Shown here: positions 9,530 to 16,054 of the stretch, piece by piece
Numbering within the stretch: the stretch's first letter is position 1
Layout of the letters: every line of letters starts with the position of its first letter
From: Promethearchaeota archaeon
Lineage (GTDB): Archaea > Asgardarchaeota > Lokiarchaeia > Sigyniarchaeales > SOKP01
Direction of reading: 5' to 3'
NCBI GenBank assembly: GCA_048941265.1
Contig: JBHLNT010000060.1
Coordinates: 1,838-23,901, forward strand
DNA: 22,064 nucleotides
Made by a program: the position numbers and the translations under genes
Notes under the pieces: generated by a model
The model's database searches: none
What the model was told of the DNA's origin: nothing
What the model saw: only the letters and a program-made list of their open reading frames with translations

Positions 9530-10279
9530 TCATAAATAGACAAACGTCAATAGATAAATAATAATAGTTGAACAAATTGGGACAGTTAAGTCATCCCAAG
9601 TTGATGGGCTTAGTATTTCAATAATAGTGGCTAATAGCCCTGTGATAAATGCGTAAAGAATGATAATATCCCATGTTAATGGAATCTGTGTTAATGGATT
9701 AAATAGCCCAAAATACCAAAATGAACCGAGAGATAATAAGAAAGAAAAGCTGAACATAGTTAGAGAGCCTATCACTGTTCTTCTTCCGGTCCATGGAAGT
9801 TTCAAAGATATCTTTCCATAACGTTTTCCAACAATAGAGGCCATAGTATCAGCAACAATCATTATAAGTACACCTGCCATCGGGAAATATAATTGATTGG
9901 GAGCAAAGATTACAAAAACGGTAATAAGTATAGTGATTGAAAGACAATAGTTAAATGGCCCCTGCAAGAACTTGCGTTTTAACTGTTCTTCAGCTTCTTC
10001 GCCTATTGAATCATATAGCTCTTTTAGTTTTTTAACTTTAGATTCTTTTGAACTGAAAAACACTAGAACAGTTAGGGAACCTGCTATCACTATGGCGAAA
10101 GCAGGATACGTAAAAAAAGGCGTAACTAATACGCTGAGACCTGCTAATAAGTGAACAGTTTTTCGGGCAGTGAATTTCGAAATTTTATTTCTCTTTTTTA
10201 ATTGCACCGGAATTATAATTACCAATACTATGTACATATACGTCAATAATACGAGGATTAGGTCGTCAAAAAGTGTCAT
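9530..10279 (-). CDS. Integral-membrane CTP-dependent polyprenol/lipid kinase (phytol kinase / dolichol kinase / Dgk1-like)
   Basis: Polytopic hydrophobic protein with ARKTVH...G, GP..Y, ADTMASIVGKRYG, RTVIGS and terminal DDLTVP. These correspond to the RKxxH, GDxxAxxxGxxxG, KSxEGS and DNxxxP motifs of the family. Confidence 0.8.
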   Translation of the reverse strand: MTLFDDLILVLLTYMYIVLVIIIPVQLKKRNKISKFTARKTVHLLAGLSVLVTPFFTYPAFAIVIAGSLTVLVFFSSKESKVKKLKELYDSIGEEAEEQLKRKFLQGPFNYCLSITILITVFVIFAPNQLYFPMAGVLIMIVADTMASIVGKRYGKISLKLPWTGRRTVIGSLTMFSFSFLLSLGSFWYFGLFNPLTQIPLTWDIIILYAFITGLLATIIEILSPSTWDDLTVPICSTIIIYLLTFVYL

Positions 10280-10592
10280 ATTCTAAACCATTAAATTTTT
10301 GTTAATTCTGTGAAAATTCTTTTATTTAAAAAATTTTTAAGATTTTTAATTGATTATTTGCTAGGAAATTTGTGAATAGCTTTAAAACCATTCGAAGTTA
10401 TATAATGAAATTAATATGAAATACTTTAAATTCAACTAAGTAAACTTAATTTCCAAGTCTACCTGAATAATATTAGGTTTTTTAGTTTATAAAGTATTAA
10501 AAAATTATTATTTAAAGCATAATCCGGAGTGATTTTGGTATTTCATCATCTTTCCAATTAGTTTTTATAAGTTAAACCTTCAAAAGAGCTAA

Positions 10593-10611
10593 TATGGGAT
10601 TCTATCCCATA
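10593..10611. promoter_or_regulatory. Perfect inverted repeat TATGGGAT-TCT-ATCCCATA; candidate operator or hairpin
   Basis: 8-3-8 palindrome containing G/C in a very AT-rich gap between the TetR array and the lipid genes. Confidence 0.4.
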
Positions 10612-10681
10612 AAACTTTTATTAAATTATTGATATCTTAAATTAAAATCATATTTAAGAAGAGTATTGTTATGAGACTTAA

Positions 10682-11356
10682 TTATTTCAATTTTTTGCGA
10701 CTTCTATCTATGCGTTCTCTAATTTCCTTTAATAACAATACTAGATATTCCTTATAAGGCATCGCAGCAAAACCTTCAACGAATTCAGAAATATCGGTGC
10801 CCACACTTAGGTCATGTCTAACTTTTGTGGCTCCTAATACATAACTATATATGCTATAAAATAATTCCGTTGCCTTTTCGCTACTTATTTCACTATTTTT
10901 AGCTGCTTTTTCCACTAATCCTAACGCAAATTTCAAGATTGGAAATGTTTTATATGATTTTTCTAAGGGTCCTTTTCTTTTAGATGGTGGAGCAGAGAGT
11001 ATAAACATTATCTGAAATCTCTCATAATCAGCGTTCAAAAATTCAATAAAATATTCTATGAATTTATAAAATAAATCGAGATATAAACCCTTATGCTCAT
11101 CAAGTATATCTTCAAATCCTTTAAAATAATCATCATAATATTTGCTTTTTATAGCAATCCATAATTCCCTCTTACTATTTACATAATTATAGAGGTTTGG
11201 TTGAGTCATACCTAATTTATCTGCCAAAGCTCGAGTACTAAATCCATGAACACCATATTTAATGAACATTTCTTTGCCCACTTCTAAAATTTTATCAAAT
11301 TGTTCTGCTTTTTTCTCTGGACTTCGAGCTCTGGTCTTTCTTTTCTGAATATTCAC
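10682..11356 (-). CDS. TetR/AcrR-family transcriptional regulator (paralogue 1 of 3)
   Basis: HTH FSTRALADKLGMTQPNLYNYVNSKRELW. GTG at 11356 aligns with the Met of both paralogues, so it is preferred over TTG at 11371. Confidence 0.9.
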   Translation of the reverse strand: MNIQKRKTRARSPEKKAEQFDKILEVGKEMFIKYGVHGFSTRALADKLGMTQPNLYNYVNSKRELWIAIKSKYYDDYFKGFEDILDEHKGLYLDLFYKFIEYFIEFLNADYERFQIMFILSAPPSKRKGPLEKSYKTFPILKFALGLVEKAAKNSEISSEKATELFYSIYSYVLGATKVRHDLSVGTDISEFVEGFAAMPYKEYLVLLLKEIRERIDRSRKKLK

Positions 11357-11551
11357 AATATCTTCATCCAAGATCTAAAAATTTCTTTTATATGAATAAA
11401 CAATTAAGTATTAATAAAGCTATTGCAGATTAATATAAAACTCAGGATTGAATATTAAACTTGATCTGGAAAATTCTAAGAAGTATACTTATCTTATATG
11501 GAATTTTCAACAAAAAGAACCATACTATAAGATTAATTTAATCAGAAAATC

Positions 11552-11586
11552 AAAATCATACCGCTTTTTTAAATCAGTATGATTTT
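11552..11586. repeat. Inverted repeat AAAATCATAC-N15-GTATGATTTT; possible terminator hairpin or binding site
   Basis: Perfect 10-bp arms, 35 nt downstream of the TetR paralogue 2 stop. Confidence 0.35.
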
Positions 11587-11621
11587 AATTGATTATCATG
11601 TATTTGATACCAATCATTTCA

Positions 11622-12296
11622 TTAATCTTTTAAAATATTTTTCTCTAAACGGTCTCGAATTTCTTTTAATATGTATTCGCGATATTTTTTAGCAGTTAGT
11701 CTATAAAAATCTCCAGTTGGAGGTTCTGTAATTTTATTCCGTAATTTTAGATCAGCCTCAACTTTAGCTGCTCCAAAAAGATGGGCATACATACTATAAA
11801 AAAGCTCAGTCGCAGTATCGCTTCTTATTTCTCCTGCTTTAACTGCATCTTTTGCTAGATCTAAAAACAATTTTGGCAATTGAAACGGCTTATAACCTTT
11901 TTCTAAAGGTCCGACTTTTTTAGATGGCGGAGCAGAAATCAAGTACATTAACTGAAACCTCTTATAATCTGCTGCGGCAAATTCAAGAAAAAATTCTGAA
12001 AATTTATAAAAGAGCTCTGTGTAAGAGCCTTGATGTTCATTTATTATTTTTTTGAGTCCCTCCGAATATTCATTATAATATTTAATTCTAATAGCAATCC
12101 ACAGCTCACGTTTACTTGATACATAATTATAGAGATTTGGTTGGGTCATATCTAATTTTTGGGCTAAAGCTCGTGTGCTAAACCCATGAGTCCCGTATTT
12201 TACGAACATATCTTTTCCTTCTTCTAAGATTTTATCAAATTGTTCCGCTTTTTTCTCTGGACTTCGAGCTCTTGTTTTTTTTTTTGGAGATTTCAT
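11622..12296 (-). CDS. TetR/AcrR-family transcriptional regulator (paralogue 2 of 3)
   Basis: HTH FSTRALAQKLDMTQPNLYNYVSSKRELW. Colinear with both neighbours. Confidence 0.92.
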   Translation of the reverse strand: MKSPKKKTRARSPEKKAEQFDKILEEGKDMFVKYGTHGFSTRALAQKLDMTQPNLYNYVSSKRELWIAIRIKYYNEYSEGLKKIINEHQGSYTELFYKFSEFFLEFAAADYKRFQLMYLISAPPSKKVGPLEKGYKPFQLPKLFLDLAKDAVKAGEIRSDTATELFYSMYAHLFGAAKVEADLKLRNKITEPPTGDFYRLTAKKYREYILKEIRDRLEKNILKD

Positions 12297-12482
12297 GAGA
12301 TTATCATTAATAATAATTATTTGTCTTCGTTATGAATGAATATTAAAAATTTAATATAAGTTATTATGTTTTTCAAATAGTTTAGAAATTTATATTTACA
12401 AATTATTGATTTAAAGCATGATAGATAAGATCCGAGTTATGTAAGATTTTTCAAACAGCTTTACAAAAGAAAATATTTAATT

Positions 12483-13154
12483 TTATCGTATACGGTTTCT
12501 CTCTATACGATCTCGAACTTCTTTTAAAATAAATCTCCGAAATTCTTCTGAGGATAAAGAATAAAATTCTCCAGTCATAGGTTCTGTTATTTTATCACGT
12601 AGTTTCAAATCTGCTTCGATTTTAGCTGCTCCGTAAATTAGTGAATAAATAGCATAAAATAATTCAATAGAACCATCTGGGATTAATTCTTTTACCTCTA
12701 TTGCCCTTTTAACATAATCTAAAACGAATTTTGTTGTTAGGAAAGGATTATATTCTTTTTCTAAAGGTCCAATTTTTTTAGACGGAGGCGCAGAAAGTAC
12801 GAACATTATCTGAAATCTTTTATAATCTGCTGCGGCAAATTCAAGATAATATTCTGCAAATTTATATAGAAGTTCTACAATAGTACCTTTATGCTTTTTT
12901 ATAATTTTTCGAATTCCTTTATAAAATTCATTATAGTATTTAATTCTTATAGCAATCCACAGCTCACGTTTACTTGATACATAATTGTAGAGATTTGGTT
13001 GTGTCATACCCACTTTTTCCGCTAAGATTCGGGTACTAAATCCGTGAGTTCCGTATTTCACAAACATATCTTTGCCCACTTCCAAAATTTTATCAAATTG
13101 TTCTGCTTTTTTCTCTGGACTTCGAGCTCTGGATTTGTTTTTTGGCTTATTCAT
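12483..13154 (-). CDS. TetR/AcrR-family transcriptional regulator (paralogue 3 of 3)
   Basis: HTH FSTRILAEKVGMTQPNLYNYVSSKRELW. Divergent from the GPH transporter at 13317. Confidence 0.92.
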   Translation of the reverse strand: MNKPKNKSRARSPEKKAEQFDKILEVGKDMFVKYGTHGFSTRILAEKVGMTQPNLYNYVSSKRELWIAIRIKYYNEFYKGIRKIIKKHKGTIVELLYKFAEYYLEFAAADYKRFQIMFVLSAPPSKKIGPLEKEYNPFLTTKFVLDYVKRAIEVKELIPDGSIELFYAIYSLIYGAAKIEADLKLRDKITEPMTGEFYSLSSEEFRRFILKEVRDRIERNRIR

Positions 13155-13316
13155 GATATAATCCCTTTATGTTATGATTTTTCTCTTTATAAATAAATAT
13201 AAAAAGTTTCTTAAAAATTTTTATTTTTCATTCAGATTTTTGCTTCTAATTTAACAAAATATATTACCCTTTCCATAATATAAATAGTAGTAGTAATATA
13301 TATTCAGCAATGCATT

Positions 13317-14762
13317 ATGAGCCAATTAAATTCTTCTCAAGAAAATTTTTCTTCAGAAAAATCAATTAAAAAGCATGGTATAAAAAGACAAATTTATTAT
13401 CAAGTTTCAGCTTTCATAAGCATTTTATTGTTTGTTATGTGGGGGTACCTGCAATTCTTTGCTGTTGCCGTATTATTAATTCCCATAGTTTTTATTCCGA
13501 TAATTTACCTTATTTATTCAATAGTAGATGGCATGAATGATCCGATATTGGGTTATCTTACTGATAGATCTAAAAAATTTACAGCTAAATATGGAAAACG
13601 TTATCCTTGGATTATGATTGGAGCAATTGTATCCCCAATTTTTCTTGTATTATCCTTCATACCTGTTGTTAATCTCAAGACGAATTCAGAGGCAGCTATA
13701 ATTGCCGTTTTATGGTTAATAATTATGATGAGCATATATGAAACTTTTTTAACACTTCGAGAAATAAGCCATGTATCATTATTTCCAGATTTATTTAGAG
13801 ATCTCGAGGAAAGAGCGAATGTAGCTGGAATCGGCATGCTTATAGTACTTATATGTCAAATAGTGGCTTCGATTTCAATCCCATTAATTATAGCAAATCT
13901 GGGAGGAGCTTACAACCCTGATGCTTATCTAGGAGCAGTTATATTTGTTGCAATAGTAAATTATATACTGCTAATCCCTTTACATTGGGGAGTTCGTGAA
14001 ACTGAGGAAATGAAAGAAGTACGTTTAAAATTAGAAAAGGAAGAAAAAATTTCGATTTCTGTGAGGGCAGTGCTAATTCGAATATTTAAAGACAGAAATT
14101 GGATGTCATATTTATTTGCTTTTCTGTGTTGGGCAATTGCAGGGGCATGTATTTTAGCGGGAGTTAATTTTTTTGTACTTCATTATCTCGGATTGGGTAT
14201 AGAAGATACAATTCTTCCCATGTTGGCAGTATTAGTAATGGCAATTATTACAATACCTCTTTGGGTATACTTACCAAAGAAGCTCTGGAGTATAAAAAAA
14301 ACATATCTTGTGGGATTAATTGCCTCAGCCATACCATATCTATTACTTTTCTTTGTAACAGATTATATTGGATTTATTATTGTAATAGCATTAGTAGGTA
14401 TAGGCTATAGCGCAAACTGGGGAGTAGTGTATAGTCTTGTTCAAGCTGAAGCGATTGATAATGCAGTCGTAAAAACAGGTATGCGCGAAGAGGCCAGTTA
14501 TATGGGTGTTATGCGAGTATTTTCTGCATTTTCATGGTTTTTCCAAACTCTAATCTTTGTTATAGTATGGACAATTACCGGGTATGTTCCATCAAAAGGG
14601 GCAAATCAAACGGAGCTTGCAAAGTTCGGATTAAAGCTTATTATTTCCCTTATTCCATTTCTATTTGTTGTACTTGGAATAATTATTTTTGCTATAATAT
14701 ATTCTATTTCTAAAGAAGAAGCACAATTAAATAGAAAAAAGCTGTTAGAGTTAGGTCTTTGA
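13317..14762 (+). CDS. MFS transporter, GPH / MelB-like cation symporter
   Basis: VDGMNDPILGYLTDR, YGKRYPW and AIDNAVVKTGMREEASY. About 12 TM segments. Paralogue of 18806-20221 and 20438-21859. Confidence 0.9.
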   Translation: MSQLNSSQENFSSEKSIKKHGIKRQIYYQVSAFISILLFVMWGYLQFFAVAVLLIPIVFIPIIYLIYSIVDGMNDPILGYLTDRSKKFTAKYGKRYPWIMIGAIVSPIFLVLSFIPVVNLKTNSEAAIIAVLWLIIMMSIYETFLTLREISHVSLFPDLFRDLEERANVAGIGMLIVLICQIVASISIPLIIANLGGAYNPDAYLGAVIFVAIVNYILLIPLHWGVRETEEMKEVRLKLEKEEKISISVRAVLIRIFKDRNWMSYLFAFLCWAIAGACILAGVNFFVLHYLGLGIEDTILPMLAVLVMAIITIPLWVYLPKKLWSIKKTYLVGLIASAIPYLLLFFVTDYIGFIIVIALVGIGYSANWGVVYSLVQAEAIDNAVVKTGMREEASYMGVMRVFSAFSWFFQTLIFVIVWTITGYVPSKGANQTELAKFGLKLIISLIPFLFVVLGIIIFAIIYSISKEEAQLNRKKLLELGL

Positions 14763-14833
14763 AGCTTACAATATAAAAATTCTTTTATTTTTTATATTAA
14801 CTTTATCAAAATTAAAATATTAAATGGAAGAAT

Positions 14834-14919
14834 ATGACAAAGCCAAATATTCTGCAATTTAATTTAGGGTGATGAATTTATAATAAAACAGATTGGAAAA
14901 GACTGGATTTGATAAAATA
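14834..14919 (+). pseudogene. Possible decayed 5' fragment of a sulfatase gene
   Basis: ATG at 14834 reads MTKPNILQFNLG* (compare sulfatase-type KPNILFI). In another frame 14899-14919 reads KTGFDKI (compare KTPNIDKI in 16055-17632). Short and weak. Confidence 0.25.
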
Positions 14920-15067
14920 AATATATTATAATAAAATTCTTTAATTTCAATTTTGCTCTTTAATAGATTATAAAAATCGATTTTTATGTAAAATTATATT
15001 TAATAAAATTCACTTATATTATGTTAAAGGTATAAAAGAATAACATCAAATAAACAATAGTTAGTCT

Positions 15068-15952
15068 ATGACTGAAAAAGATGACTTAGAAAAAAAGGAT
15101 TGGAATGAAAATATAGCAGTATATATTACTTTCAACGGTTTACCATTATTTAACTTACCTGATAAGAAAGATGATGATAGCTACTTTTTATTATCAAGCT
15201 TTTTGCACACAATTGATATACTTGCTGAGGAAACGAGAAAAAGAATTGGAAGATCCGCTGATTTCTATGGTTTTGATTTAGTTAATTATATTCAAGTGGA
15301 AGTGTTAGAGATTTCTAATGAGGAGTTGGATAGCAATGATAAGATAAGATTATTTCTCCAAACCCCCTATGGAAAAGAACCAAATAATAGAAGCTCTATA
15401 GTGGCATTATTCGGGGCAACACAAAATCTTGTTCCAAAAATAAAAAATAAAGAGATAAATGTTGTTTATAAAGCTGATACAGTGAAGCATTTTAAGGAAA
15501 AATTAATGGAAAGAGGATATACACCAGAAAGAATAATGAGTGAATTAAAGCATCTTACAGTGTCTCAGACTCATTTTTCCAATAATATGCCAATTTCGTT
15601 ATTCTCAATAGAAAGAGAAGAAAGGGAAGAAGAAAGCTATAAATTGAAGGTAATAGGAAATTACAATAAAAGGAATTATAAGAAAAATCCCATTAAGGAT
15701 GATGCAGGAAACCTCACATTTGACTCTGGATTGATAATCAGTTTAGCAAACGCACTCAAATCGTACCAATTAGCAGCCAATATAGAGACGGAATCCGTTA
15801 TACTGAGATTTAGGGATTACTCACTAGGTATTTATTATAAGAAAGATAATTTACCTGTTATTAGTGTTTTTATTATAGGAATGGGAAATATTGAAGAAAT
15901 GAAAAGATATCATGAAGATCTAAGAAAGTTAGAATTAGAGCCCGTTAGCTAA
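15068..15952 (+). CDS. Hypothetical protein, possibly with longin/roadblock-like alpha-beta domain(s)
   Basis: 294-aa ORF filling the gap. The N-terminal VYITFNGLPLF...LLSSFLHTIDILAEE matches the longin-type 'strand-GxPL(F/Y)...L(S/G)xFLxAL' pattern by eye. Confidence 0.7.
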   Translation: MTEKDDLEKKDWNENIAVYITFNGLPLFNLPDKKDDDSYFLLSSFLHTIDILAEETRKRIGRSADFYGFDLVNYIQVEVLEISNEELDSNDKIRLFLQTPYGKEPNNRSSIVALFGATQNLVPKIKNKEINVVYKADTVKHFKEKLMERGYTPERIMSELKHLTVSQTHFSNNMPISLFSIEREEREEESYKLKVIGNYNKRNYKKNPIKDDAGNLTFDSGLIISLANALKSYQLAANIETESVILRFRDYSLGIYYKKDNLPVISVFIIGMGNIEEMKRYHEDLRKLELEPVS

Positions 15953-16054
15953 CTTTTTATATTTAATTCAAAGGTTTTTATTTTTGCTTGTTTTTATATA
16001 ATCAAATAATTTAATTATATCTTTAAGTTAGCCCTAAAAAAATGGAAGTTTTTC

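Noticed and set aside
5095-10154. Short ORFs 5095-5358, 6975-7172 and 9972-10154
   Set aside because: Antisense to the M24, Gfo/Idh/MocA and kinase genes, with no independent support.
9530-10279. Alternative call as CDP-archaeol synthase (CarS) or phosphatidate cytidylyltransferase
   Set aside because: The context would fit, but RKxxH near the N-terminus and terminal DDLTVP match the kinase branch. I do not see the CarS/CdsA-type GDL..S..KR...D motif.
11357-11371. TTG start giving the extension MDEDI on TetR copy 1
   Set aside because: GTG at 11356 aligns with the paralogues' Met and keeps the same spacing to the upstream motif.
13259-13301. Inverted repeat ATATATTAC...GTAATATAT upstream of the transporter at 13317
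   Set aside because: Nearly all A/T with a long spacer, so plausible by chance. It cannot be excluded as an operator given its position.
10280-13316. Repeated DNA blocks as a possible CRISPR array or mobile-element ends
   Set aside because: The repeats are inside paralogous TetR coding sequences about 0.9 kb apart. There is no repeat-spacer periodicity, cas gene or transposase.
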